Of a stretch of 64,000 bases of DNA, positions 47,903 to 62,593 are shown one piece after another. Origin of the DNA: the human T2T-CHM13v2.0 reference genome, Homo sapiens; assembly GCF_009914755.1 (NCBI RefSeq), contig NC_060946.1, one strand, 5' to 3'. Below the pieces are notes generated by a model. That model worked only from the letters and a program-made list of their open reading frames with translations, had not been told where the DNA came from and did no database searches. The translations under genes and the position numbers were made by a program. Within the stretch, counting starts at the first letter, position 1, and every line of letters begins with the position of its first letter.

Positions 47903-48179
47903 AGGCTGGCTCACGCCTGTAATCCCAGCACTTTGGGAGGCCAAAACAGGTGGATCACAAGGTCAGGAGTTCGAGACCAGCCTGACCAACATGGTAAAAC
48001 CCCATCTCTACTAAAAATACAAAAATCAGCCAGGCTTGATAGTGCACGCCTATAATCCCAGCTACTCAGGAGGCTGAGTCAGGAGAATCGCTTGAACTTG
48101 GGAGGCGGAGGTTGCAGTGAGCTGAGATCGCACCACTGCACTTCAGCCTGGGCAACAGAGACTGTCTCAAAAAAAAAAA
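47903..48179 (+). mobile_element. Alu (AluSg-like)
   Basis: TSD gaaatcatatggg / gaaatcgcatggg. Confidence 0.88.
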
Positions 48180-48257
48180 GGAAATCGCATGGGGTAGTAA
48201 ATCTTTTCTTCTTATGTAAAAGGCTACATATGCCATAAACAAACCTGATAAATATTA

Positions 48258-48570
<313 letters not shown>

Positions 48571-48679
48571 AGAATGCACTTTACTATATTTACAAATATA
48601 GCATGCACTTACAAAAATTTACCAAACAAAATGTCAGCATGCTTCTATTTTCCACAGTTAACGGTACACACTTCATATA

Positions 48680-49026
<347 letters not shown>

Positions 49027-50337
49027 TGAGTATGTGTCATGCATATGGTAGGTGCTGAGGGAGAAGACAGACACAGACAGTAAACAAATGAACCATCAAA
49101 GCACCCAAGACAACCAACCAGATGTCTTTTTGTATGGCCAAGACCTATGCAGATCTCTACCTCTCAGGAGCAGGCCACAGGCAGGATGATACAGTGGCTA
49201 GGAATTTGCACTTGAAATCAGACAGACCTTTGTTTAAATTTTAGCTCTTATCACCTGTTGCCAACTCTGGTTTTGAGTAAGTTACTTAACCTCTCTAAGC
49301 TTTCATTTCCTTACCTGAAAATAAAGATAATATGACCAAATTTATACGGTTTTAGGGTGAATTTAATCAATCAATCAATAATCAGTGTGTTGGGTATACA
49401 GAATGTTCAGCCAATCGTCCCTTTTATTTTATTATTAATTTTCCACTTTTAGAACAGACAATGATGTCCCACAACACAGACAAAAATATTCACAGGGTAG
49501 AAAAAAAGGGAAAGAAAGGTATAAAAATGATCTGTTTAACATTTCTAAATTCACATCTTAGTGAATTCACAACCGTTTTTCTCGTAAAGATGTCATGCTT
49601 GGAACTTACATTCCTTTAGGATTTCTCAAACTGTTAACATCTTGTCTGCATTACATGACCTAGTAAATTAAATAAAATCTATCACCCAAAATAGGGAACC
49701 AGCCACAATCTCTCCCTGGATTCCTTGTTCTGATTCTCTGACTAATACTGAGTCATTTAAAGAACACAGACAACACAGAGCACTGATAAGCAGTCTGAAC
49801 ACAAAACTGAGGAGCAGAGGTGCCAGAGCACACTATGGACTGACCACAGACTACAAGCAGAACTTTCTGAAACAGAAAAATCAAGATAAAAGGAGAGTTT
49901 CCTAACTGGCTGTAACTTGAGTAATTATGCCTTCCAAGAGAAAAGCAGCACAGAAATTAACATATTTCTCAAGCCAGAAGAAAACTTTTTTAAAATTTTA
50001 ATACCTCCTTATCTGTGAAAAAAAAATTTTTAACCAAATTTTAAAACTCCTTCCTCCCTATAATTACATCCTCAAAAATGTTTTAACTACCTCTTAAAAT
50101 GTTTATTTCTTACAAATGACTCTGTAAGCAACACTGGTCATTTAAAGATTTTGAAGGCATACATAAAACACAAAAAGAAAATGTCTTCTCTGTGACCTGA
50201 CACCTTAAGGGTCAAACTGATTTTACTTCAACTTTCACCATAAATTTCCCTTTGTATTAAAACCAGGTGTGACACTTCAGCCCAAAAACAAGTATTTAAG
50301 AAGCAGAGGAAACCTGGACAAGATTTTCAAGTAGACC

Positions 50338-50653
50338 TTTTTTTTTTTTTTTTTTTTTTTTTTGAGACCGAGTCTCACTCTGTCCCCAAGGCTGGAATGA
50401 AATGGTACGATCTCGGCTCACCGGCTCACCGCAACGTCCGCCTCCAGGGTTCAAGCAATTCTCCTGCCTCAGCCTCCCTAGTAGCTGAGATTACAGGCGC
50501 TCACCACTACACCCAGCTAATTTTTTGTATTTTTAGTAGAGATGGGGTTTCACCATGTTGGCCAGGCTGGTCTCGAACTCCTGATCTTGTGATTTGCCCA
50601 CCTCGGCCTCCCAAAGTGCTGGGATTACAGGCATGAGCCACCGCGCCCGGCCC
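50338..50653 (-). mobile_element. Alu (AluS-like)
   Basis: Antisense dimer with long T tract and a small ggctcac duplication. Confidence 0.9.
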
Positions 50654-51329
50654 AGTCTATGATTTTTTTTTTTTTATGCTTCATTAAAGTAAAAGTCTAT
50701 GCCTACAAAGAGAAATAATAACATACTTTCATATTGCTTTCTTTTTTTTTGTTACAGTTTTTATTTTTTTTATTTTTTTTTTTAACATTTCATTTTTTAT
50801 TTTTTTTATATTTTTATTTTTTTTAATTTATTTTTTTATTGATAATTCTTGGGTGTTTCTCACAGAGGGGGATTTGGCAGGGTCATGGGACAATAGTGGA
50901 GGGAAGGTCAGCAGATAAACAAGTGAACAAAGGTCTCTGGTTTTCCTAGGCAGAGGACCCTGCAGCCTTCCGCAGTGTTTGTGTCCCTGATTACTTGCGA
51001 TTAGGGATTGGTGGTGACTCTTAACGAGCATGCTGCCTTCAAGCATCTGTTTAACAAAGCACATCTTGCACCGCCCTTAATCCATTTAACACTGAGTGGA
51101 CACAGCACATGTTTCAGAGAGCACCGGGTTGGGGGTAAGGTCACAGATCAACAGGATCCCAAGGCAGAGGAATTTTTCTTAGTGCAGAACAAAATGAAAA
51201 GTCTCCCATGTCTACTTCTTTCTACACAGACACGGCAACCATCCGATTTCTCAATCTTTTCCCCACCTTTCCAGCCTTTCTATTCCACAAAGCCGCCATT
51301 GTCATCCTGGCCCATTCTCAATGAGCTGT

Positions 51330-53230
51330 TGGGCACACCTCCCAGACGGGGTGGTGGCCGGGCAGAGGGGCTCCTCACTTCCCAGTAGGGGCGGCCGGGC
51401 AGAGGCGCCCCTCACCTCCCGGACGGGGCGGCTGGCCGGGCGGGGGGCTGACCCCCCAACCTCCCTCCCGGACGGGGCGGCTGGCCGGGCAGAGGGGCTC
51501 CTCACTTCCCAGTAGGGGCGGCCGGGCAGAGGCGCCCCTCACCTCCCGGACGGGGAGGCCGGCCGGGCAGGGGGGCTGACCCCCCCCACCTCCCTCCCGG
51601 ACGGGGCGGCTGGCCGGGCAGAGGGGCTCCTCACTTCCCAGTAGGGGCGGCCGGGCAGAGGCGCCCCTCACCTCCCGGACGGGGCGGCTGGCCGGGCGGG
51701 GGGGGCTGACCCCCCCCACCTCCCTCCCGGACGGGGCGGCTGGCCGGGCGGGGGGCTGACCCCCCCACCTCCCTCCCGGACGGGGCGGCTGGCCGGGCAG
51801 AGGGGCTCCTCACTTCCCAGTAGGGGCGGCCGGGCAGAGGCGCCCCTCACCTCCCGGACGGGGCGGCTGGCCGGGCAGGGGGGCCGACCCCCCCCCCACC
51901 TCCCTCCCGGACGGGGCGGCTGGCCGGGCGGGGGGCCGACCCCCCCACCTCCCTCCCGGACGGGGCGGCTGGCCGGGCGGGGGGCCGACCCCCCCACCTC
52001 CCTCCCGGACGGGGCGGCTGGCCGGGCGGGGGGCCGACCCCCCCACCTCCCTCCCGGACGGGGCGGCTGGCCGGGCGGGGGGCCGACCCCCCCACCTCCC
52101 TCCCGGACGGGGCGGCTGGCCGGGCGGGGGGCTGACACCCCCACCTCCCTCCCGGACGGGGCGGCTGGCCGGGCAGAGGGGCTCCTCACTTCCCAGTAGG
52201 GGCGGCCGGGCAGAGGCGCCCCTCACCTCCCAGACGGGGCGGCTGGCCGGGTGGAGGGCTGACCCCCCCACCTCCCTCCCGGACAGGGCGGCTGGCCGGG
52301 CAGAGGGGCTCCTCACTTCCCAGTAGGGGCGGCTGGGCAGAGGCGCCCCTCACCTCCCAGACGGGGCGGCTGGCCGGGTGGAGGGCTGACCCCCCCACCT
52401 CCCTCCCGGACAGGGCGGCTGGCCGGGCGGGGGGCTGACCCCCCAACCTCCCTCCCGGACGGGGCGGCTGGCCGGGCAGAGGGGCTCCTCACTTCCCAGT
52501 AGGGGCGTCTGGGCAGAGGCGCCCCTCACCTCCCAGACGGGGCGGCTGGCCGGGCGGGGGGCTGACCCCCCCACCTCCCTCCCGGACGGGGCAGCTGGCC
52601 AGGCGGGGGGCTGACCCCCCCACCTCCCTCCCGGACGGGGTGGCTGGCCGGGCTGAGGGGCTCCTCACTTCCCAGTAGGGGCGGCCGGGCAGAGGCGCCC
52701 CTCACCTCCCGGACGGGGCGGCTGGCCGGGCGGGGGGCTGACCCCCCCCACCTCCCTCCCGGACGGGGTGGCTGCCGGGCGGAGACGCTCCTCACTTCCC
52801 AGATGGGGTGGCTGCCGGGTGGAGAGGCTCCTCACTTCTCAGACGGGGCGGCTGCCGGGCGGAGGGGCTCCTCACTTCTCAGACGGGGTGGTTGCCAGGC
52901 AGAGGGTCTCCTCACTTCTCAGACGGGGCGGCCGGGCAGAGACGCTCCTCACCTCCCAGACGGGGTCTCGGCCGGGCAGAGGCGCTCCTCACATCCCAGA
53001 TGGGGCGGCGGGGCAGAGGCGCTCCCCACATCTCAGACGATGGGCGGCCGGGCAGAGACGCTCCTCACTTCCTAGATGTGATGGCGGCTGCGCTCCTCAC
53101 TTCCTAGATGGGATGGCGGCCGGGCGGAGACGCTCCTCACTTTCCAGACTGGGCAGCCAGGCAGAGGGGCTCCTCACATCCCAGACGATGGGCGGCCAGG
53201 CAGAGACACTCCTCACTTCCCAGACGGGGT
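51330..53230. repeat. SVA VNTR, GC-rich about 35-50 bp units, about 1.9 kb
   Basis: Recurrent units such as cacctccctcccggacggggcggctggccgggcggggggctgacccccc and gcagaggggctcctcacttcccagtaggggcggccggg. Confidence 0.95.
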
Positions 53231-53283
53231 GGCGGCCGGGCAGAGGCTGCAATCTCGGCACTTTGGGAGGCCAAGGCAGGCGG

Positions 53284-53410
53284 CTGCTCCTTGCCCTCGG
53301 GCCCCGCGGGGCCCGTCTGCTTCTCCAGCCGCTGCCTCCCGGGCGGCGCTCGCCGGCGCGGCGGCAAAGACTGAGACAGCTCCGCTGCCCGCTGAACTCC
53401 ATCCTCCCCC
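53284..53410 (-). pseudogene. MAST2: Transduced MAST2 exon-1 fragment at the 5' end of the SVA
   Basis: Minus translation ...EDGVQRAAELSQSLPPRRRAPPGRQRLEKQTGPAGPEGKEQ matches the recalled MAST2 N-terminus, joined at GGAGCAG|CCGCCTGCCTTGGCC to the SVA Alu-like domain. Confidence 0.88.
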
Positions 53411-54224
53411 CATATTGCTTTCTTTTATTGGTGGTTTACAATCTCCTTTATGAAGATAGTCCTCTGTAGATTAACTGTCACGCTTCCAGGAAACGCTAGG
53501 ATCTTTTTTCCTTCCTAGTGTCACAGAGGATACCTACTTGCTCCCCTTCTCCACTTTTCCCATCCCCCTTCCCCAATACACCCACACACCCTCATCTACG
53601 CACAGGGAAACCAGCAGCTAGTAAAGCTTCTGAACAACCTGTGCCTCCCTGCTCTGCTCTATTCTGCTTAAAGGCCTCCAAGCTGTACTGTGTATCATCA
53701 AGAAGAGTCTAAAGAAACCACAAAGGCAGGTTCTTCACTTTAGATGCAGAACTGAACTAACAAGGCTAGAAATCTGTTCATTTGTGCTTCACCACAACTG
53801 TGTGATCATCCCATAATGTATCACCATTTACTCTTTTTAAGTGGTTCAGATGTCACCAGACAATTAATTTCTCCACATTATGAACTGTCAACAAAATCAG
53901 AAATGTAGTCTGGGGGCCAGGCATGATTACAGGCGTGTGCCACTATGCGCAGCTAACTTTTGTACTTTTAGTAGAGACAAAGGTTTTGCCAAGTTGGCTG
54001 GGATGGTCTCGAACCCCTGGCCTCAAGTGATCTGCCCGCCTCGGCTTCTCAAAGTACCGGGATTACAAGTGTGAGCCACCGTGCCCAGCCTATAATGTTA
54101 TTTTTAGAGTGGAGTGTCCTTTATCACATATACTTAGCTTGAGACTCCGATATTATTGATCAACAACAAATAGTCTTTATCAAGGCTGTACTGCAAAGAA
54201 GGCATCAGTGTTTCCCAGGATACT

Positions 54225-54564
<340 letters not shown>

Positions 54565-56119
54565 TTAATTCAAAAGATTCAGTTAAATTTATATAAAATT
54601 AATTTCACAGCTTTAAATGTAAATGGTAAATAAAGTTCAAAACTGAACTGAGGATGATGAGCCTTCTCTGCATAAGTTCATTATTTTAAGAAAACAAATA
54701 TTTTATAATTGAAAATTAGATATAAAAATTCATAACTGACTACCTAATTGCTTTGTGGCTGAAAAAAAATTAACCTAGACTTCTCAAATTTCTTAAGACT
54801 CAAGTTCTTGTAGCTGGGCATAGTAGCTCACATCTGTAATCCCAGGTACTTGGAAATTTAAGGCAGAAGGATCACCAGAACCCAACAGTTCAAGGCTGTA
54901 CTAAGCTATGATCACATCACTATACTCCAGCCTGAGGAAGACCTGGTCTCTAAAAAAATACAAAGACTTAAATTATCAGATAATCTCAAGATAAATGCTA
55001 TATCTAATCAGAAATTAGGCCATGGCTGGTTCCAAACAAGTCAGTACATCACATCAGCCTTTCTGTTAGGAAACAGTACCTTTTCTGATTAATAAAACCA
55101 GATGAGTGGTGAAAAACAATTTAACATTACTTCTAATTCTAATATTTTTATGAAAACAAGGAACTGAAAATTATTTTCTGAAACTAGATCTTAAAACTTC
55201 ACCCACACAAATGTAAGCAATCTAAATGACAAGGAAAGAAAGAGGAAAGCAGTTACTTATGTAAGTGAGAAACCTGAAGAGGATTTGATCAGAATCCTCA
55301 ACTTAGAATGAACCTCAAGATGTGTGACAAAGGCCATGCCACTCTTTTTTAAATTATGAAACATTCCAAATTGGAATGAATTCTCTGGATATAGTATCTT
55401 TGAGGAAACTCAGTCCTGCCACCCCTTCATGTCCATCATCTTACAAACATGGCTTAAAACTTACCTATTCTAAGAAACCTTCTCAAAAAGCTGATCCTCT
55501 ACTTGCTGTACCTTCAGGATAAAGTTTCCTCTTATTTTGTAGCATAATGACTATATCTATCCCCAACCGAATGCTAAGCTCTTTGAGGAAAAGGATTAGC
55601 CATGTTGTTTACTTTTTTTGGCCACAAAATAAAACAGAGCTCTATGCAATGGATACTCAATAAACATTATCAGATACTCACAGCATCTAGTCCACTGTCT
55701 TTCAACAGATGCTCACAAATTACTGAATTCTTAGTAATTTATCATCATTGCCAACTTTCAGGCAAAGGGAAATGGAAAGACCTCAAACTCAAAATTAGCC
55801 CCTGCTAACGATAACATCTAGACTGTAGGGATCGACATTTATGTCAAAATGAAGTTAAAAAATTATCTATGAGTCTTATCCATCCTCTCTCATACTGTAT
55901 CTAATCAAGAGACTACATGGCTTAATAGTCAGGTGTTTTGAGGTCAAGGGTTTAAACTCTAACTTCAGCATTTATCAGCTAGGTTCCAGTTTCTTGCAAA
56001 GTAAAATTTTACTTATCTTAAAGAATTGCTATTGGAGTTAAATGACATAACTACTTAAAGTGCCCGATACAAGAGAAGTAGTCAATACATGGTAGCTAAT
56101 CTTACTGTTCAATAAGTAA

Positions 56120-56481
56120 TGCCATGGTTTGAATATGTCCCCTCCAAAATTCAGGAGTTGTCAACGTGATAGTATTAGGAGGTGAGGCCTTTAAAAGATG
56201 ATTAGGCTATGAGGGAACCTCCCTCATGAATGGGATTAAAGCCCTTATTAAAGAGGCTTCACACAGCTTTCGGGTGGCTTGCCCTTCTGCCTTATGCCAT
56301 ATGAGGACACAGCGTTCTTCTTCCCCTGCAGAGGATGCAGCCCTCACAAGACAACCAAACCTGCTGGTTCCTTGATCTTAGGACTTCTCAGCCTCTAGAA
56401 CTATGAGAGATAAATTTCTGTTCTTAATAAATTACCCAGTGTCAGGTATTCTGTTGCAGCAGCACAAAATGAACTAAGACA
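56120..56481 (+). mobile_element. MST-family MaLR solo LTR (MSTC-like)
   Basis: tgccatggtttgaatatgtcccctccaaaattca start; ataaatttctgttcttaataaattacccagt...gaactaagaca end. Confidence 0.8.
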
Positions 56482-56531
56482 ATTATAAAGAAAAAGTAGA
56501 TATAACATAGATTATATTATTAAAGTGCATT

Positions 56532-56840
<309 letters not shown>

Positions 56841-57658
56841 GTGCATTATGACACCAATTCTTTGATAAAATATAGTATATAAAATATAATCCCTTCTTGA
56901 ATGTGATCTGCTTCCCACTGTAGTGAACTTCCCCACAAAAATGATCTCTGCAGTAAGGTAATTTGCCAAGTAGTCTAGAAAATAAGATTGTGCACAGATG
57001 CACACTTATACTTCCCAGCATAACTCAGTTTTATGCAATATTTACATATTAATGGGAACTGAACACCCAGCTCTTTACTATTAAGAAACTGTGGTATTTA
57101 TCCCCAATATCTTACAATCTACGTCTCACTGGCATTTGAAGGAGATGTGGCTTCTTCAGTGCCCAACGAGGTTGGATGTTCAGGGACTTATTCCAACCTA
57201 CTTGTTAAGAATCTTAGGCAAATAATAATTCTCTAAATGGGGGGGTGATGAATCATGACTTTATTCAACTAGCTCATTCTGACTGCTGCATTTATCAACT
57301 ACTGTTTTTCTATATACCATGTCTCTAAAACTAATGACCCCCATTTATCACCATTTTCACTGTTTAAGGAGAGTTTAAAAATATAGTAGCATAATACTAT
57401 TAGCAAACAGCTAACCGAGTGTACTAGCTACCAGCAAGCACATGTGACACACAAAAAGTGCTCTATAAAATATGTCAATGAAATATTGCTGAATACACCA
57501 TTATTTTAATTCTTCAATGACCACATATAAGAAATGCTGATTCTGCTTATTATGGTTGGTGAATTCTGACTAGGATACATTACGGTCTCCAATGGCACCT
57601 TGTTAAAAGCTGCTATGCCCCAAGAGAAGCATACTACAATCTTAGAAACTTCTCCTTT

Positions 57659-58210
<552 letters not shown>

Positions 58211-58265
58211 ATTGTCCTAGATTAAGAACCACTGGGTTATTTCAAGGACTAAAGAAGTTGATTTA

Positions 58266-58632
<367 letters not shown>

Positions 58633-58809
58633 TTACTAAGATTAGCACAGTGGCTTCTAGGGAAACATAAGTTTCTCCTAGCAGCAATTGAAGACAATTA
58701 GATTCGTCCCCAATTTGATTAAGTAAACAACAAAAATTCAAATAAATCACAGATGCTGATAGGATGTGAAAAAATGTGTTTGTCTATTCCCAATAAGATT
58801 TATTTACGT

Positions 58810-59094
58810 GCTGGGCACAGTGGCTCATGCCTGTAATTCCAGCACTTTGGGAGGCCGAGGCGGGCAGATCATTTGAGGTCAGGAGTTCAAGACCAGCCTG
58901 ACCGACATGGTGAAACCCCACGTCTATTAAAAGTACAAAAAAACTAGCTGGGCGTGGTGGTGCATGCCTGTAATTTCAGCTACTCAGGAGGCTGAGGCAG
59001 GAGAATTGTTTGAACTCGGGAAGCAGAGGTTGCAGTGAGCTGAGATCATGCCAGTGCACTCCGGCCTGGGCAACAGAGACAGACTCCGTCTCTC

Positions 59095-59121
<27 letters not shown>
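58810..59121 (+). mobile_element. Alu (AluS-like)
   Basis: Sense dimer with long A tail. Confidence 0.9.
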
Positions 59122-59125
<4 letters not shown>

Positions 59126-59315
59126 TCATTTAGACTCATTACCACTTTCTATGGATATAATGTATTCTGTTCATACTGAAATCTTTGGCCTCACAGTTGA
59201 GGTTGTCTCTCAATTGGAAGTTTCTTTAAGGTGGAAGAATGTTAGTAATATGTTCTTTCCATTGTAACTGTGGTTTGAGGGTACTTTTTTTTTTGCAAAG
59301 TAAGAGTCTGGCTTC

Positions 59316-59444
59316 TGGCTGGGCATGGTGGCTCACACCTGTAATCCCAACAATTTTGGAGGCCAAAACAGGAGAATCACTTGAGCTCAGGACCAGCCTG
59401 GGCAACATAGCGAGACTCTGCCTCTACCAAAAAAAAAAAAAAAA
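59316..59444 (+). mobile_element. Alu left monomer / FLAM
   Basis: Monomer with A tail. Confidence 0.8.
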
Positions 59445-61169
59445 GAACTTGGTTTCTAAGATTATCATATGCTTTGTGTTCACGGTAGCTTTTAACAAGG
59501 TGCTGGTATCAACAGCTCAACCCTCAAACATCCATGCTAACAGCAGAAAATACATTGCACAGAAAGAAAAGATGGTAGACAGTATCTTTTAGAGTGGGCA
59601 GGAATGCTTGTATTTGTATTTAGTACTGAGTAATTATTTCCAATTTTCGAGGAAGTCACAAAGCTGCCACAAATTGTTTAACTATACAATTCTTCCTTTG
59701 CCAGGGTCCAGTGCCTGCTCAGCTTATCATTTCATACTGGCAAACAACTATACAACTTTTCCTCATCTGTGATACAAAGATTAAAATAAGCAGAGGTGGT
59801 CACATTCTAAATATTTCCTGGTTCACACCTTCCCCTATTAGGGAAATCACTTTTGGGCACAAAAGATCATCCATTCTAACTCTTACTGGGCAAATATCTT
59901 GTTTGTGTCAACTAAGTATTTTGTACACAGAATATAATGCCAATATCATTAAGTATTTGAAAGAAAGATTTGTCAAAAATATCCCTGTTATGACCTACTC
60001 TTAGGATAATCCAGGATTGATAAAAAGCCAAATTCTCCCCATAGCCGAAAGAGGTTTGCCTCAGCCTAAGGCTATTTTCCCTAAGTGAGAGTTTCTAAAC
60101 TTTCTGGTGAGCTTCTCTTTCTCATCCAGCTGGTCAAAGTTTTCTGATAACAACATACCACACAACTGAAAAGCTAAGTTTCTCGGCCTGAATTTTTGTT
60201 TATACCTGATAGAAGCTACTGCTTTCTCCTAGTGGAAATTCAAAATACCTAAGTTTATCTCCAGAAAACTCTTCAAATACTTTCAGTAATCTAATGGCAA
60301 CAGCTTTGCTACTAAAAATTTCCCAACATCTTCCTGTTTGGGCAGGTCTTGCTGAAATCCCCCTCCTCATAAGGAGGAATTTGAGAAAAAATACTGCCAA
60401 CTTCAAGTTCCCTTAGGCAAATTTCCAGCCCCAGTGCAAGGCCATGAGGTTAAACATTTCTCAATGACGCAGGCTCCCTCAGAGGGAGGAACAAGAAAAA
60501 AAAAAAAAATCAAAACGTATTCTTCCCACTGCAGTAAATCAAGAAACAGCAGCCAAGTACTTTAAAAAAAAAAAAAAAAAAAAAAAAAGTGAAGTTAATA
60601 CTGTTTGCTCTGCCAAGGCCCCCAGTGGGAGTACAGAACCCAAATGAGAGCTGTGGGATGAGAGAAAAAGAATTGCAGAACCAGCAATCCAGTCAAATTG
60701 ACAGATATGTCTCCAGATTCTCTAGATAGTCTCTGGAGTACCAATACAGTGTAAGGTCCCAGCCACTGTATAATTTACAATAACTAGGACAACTAAAGTA
60801 AAGTGATTGAATTAGTGGCTGGGGGTAAGGAATGGTGTCACACATTAAGCAAATCATGATTCAGGATTAAAATGTACATTAGGTGAGAGGCCGGGAAAAC
60901 TAAAGGAAAGTACATTTAAGCAACTTCTCGGTGAAGGAATATATAAGGCTGATCACAAAGAAGGCAAGCTCATGTGAGGGGCTGGTAGGGTTCTTGAACC
61001 TCTGGCCACCTGCAGATAAATAATTGATTGAAATAAAACCCGAAATGTTCTCCAGAAACAGATTAATACAAAACAGAATTTTAGAGTTCAAAAGGTCCTA
61101 AATGCTTACAAGAAAATGCCAGTGATGAAAATATCATGTGTACAGTGCTTTACTTCTCAAAGTGCTTTC

Positions 61170-62080
61170 ACTGAATCATTAAATAAAAATTATTATGTAC
61201 CTGCTATGTGTTAGGAACTGGCAATACAGAAATTGGATACCACCCCTGCTTTAAAGGGGCCATACTTCTAACAATGAGACCTGCTAGGAATGAAAATGCA
61301 GCAAACAATCAGTCTTTGGTGGTATGCAGTAAACATAAGGAGAGCACAGCAGAAGGGGCACCGAAGTTTCTGGGGGAATCAAAGACAGCACACATCTCAG
61401 AAGAGACAGCCCTTGAAGTGAGGCCAGAAGGCTGGCAAGCAGAAAGACTAACGGTTATATGCAAAGGAATATATGTGCTTTTTTTAAAAAAAGCACGAAG
61501 TGTTCTGGGAACCAAAAGCTGGTCAGTACTGCTGGGGACTGTGAGTTTGGAAGTGATATGAGATAACCACATAGTCAGAGACCAGACAAATAAAATAGCT
61601 TAAGTTTTACCCCACAAGAAATGGAAGAATTCTGAGCAGGAGAAAGAAAATGATTAGAATTGGTAGTTAGCGAAAGTATCTTGGCAGCTGAATGGACAGA
61701 TTGGAGGAGAGTTGAACTATAGCCAGGGAGCCCAATAACAAGTCCCCTGAAACCACAGAGAAAAATGCTGACAATATGATATAGGGCAGAGAGACAAAAT
61801 ATAAGAAGTCAAGGTAGAGGTAAAATCTAGAGAACTCACAAGTCAAATAGATATGACAAGTACAACAAGAAAGGAGGAATTGAGACTGACTCCTAATTTT
61901 CTGGCTAGGGCAACTGGCACTATAAATTAGGGAATGCAGGTTGGGAGTAGTCACTGAGAATGGCGATATCAGTTTTAAGTGCACACTAGTCATTTAGATG
62001 TCCAGGTGGGAAGAATTAGTGGATTAACTGAATCTAGAACTCAGTAAACAGGTCAGGGATATAGATACATATACACGTAT
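61170..62080 (-). mobile_element. L2 fragment
   Basis: Decayed L2 motifs (tgtacctgctatgtgttagg; ctgagcaggag..atgattagaatt; gactcctaatttctggctagggcaactgg). Confidence 0.6.
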
Positions 62081-62094
62081 CACATGTGAATACC

Positions 62095-62593
62095 TTTCCT
62101 ATTTGGAGGAAATTCTAAGACGGGGAAAGGCAGTCACCTTTTCCCACTACAGGAACTGACAGTAACAGAAATTCCCTCTCTCTGTTCCCTGGCATCTAGT
62201 TCACAAATATATAACCCAAGTCAATCAGATCCTCCTATGTAGATCTTTGAATATTGAAAGAATAACACAAAGGTGGAAAATATAATCAGAAATTATTCAT
62301 GGCACTGTGGCAAGTGCCTACTGGTGGCAGTGCCAGTAGTAACAGATGTTCATGGGAGACCAGGCCAGCAGCAGTGGCAGAGAAGGTCCAGCAAGCAGTG
62401 CTAGAGAGAGTCCTCAGCCAACTGATCCCATTACATGGTCTTTACTATGTCTTGCCTCACTCAGTTTCTGCTCATTTTCTGAACTGTGTTATCCAGCCTT
62501 CCTTTTAAGGCTGTGCACTATCCAATACTTTTCCAATATATTTATTTTATGCTTAGGTGAACCAAGATTATGTGAAAAATCCTGAGTAGTACA
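62095..62593 (+). mobile_element. ERVL LTR fragment (LTR33-like)
   Basis: 3' end ccagccttccttttaaggctgtg..tatccaatacttttccaata..tgcttaggtgaacca..cctgagtagtaca resembles the LTR33/LTR16 group. Confidence 0.45.

Larger units (their letters stand above)
50730..53426 (-). mobile_element. SVA retrotransposon, SVA_F1-type (MAST2 5' segment, truncated Alu-like domain, VNTR, SINE-R, polyA)
   Basis: SINE-R about 50835-51330, GC-rich VNTR about 51330-53230, Alu-like remnant to 53283, MAST2-like segment 53284-53410 in place of the CCCTCT hexamer. TSD catattgctttctttt at 50730-50745 and 53411-53426. Confidence 0.95.

Noticed and set aside
51330-53230. Repeat array that superficially resembles CRISPR or a gene CpG island
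   Set aside because: No unique spacers; it is the SVA VNTR in a eukaryotic intron.
51302-53469. Long Pro/Gly/Arg-rich ORFs up to 233 aa
   Set aside because: Stop-poor SVA VNTR. Only the MAST2-derived segment has real protein ancestry.
60710-60738. Small hairpin ctccaga...tctggag
   Set aside because: A 7-bp stem is within chance expectation.
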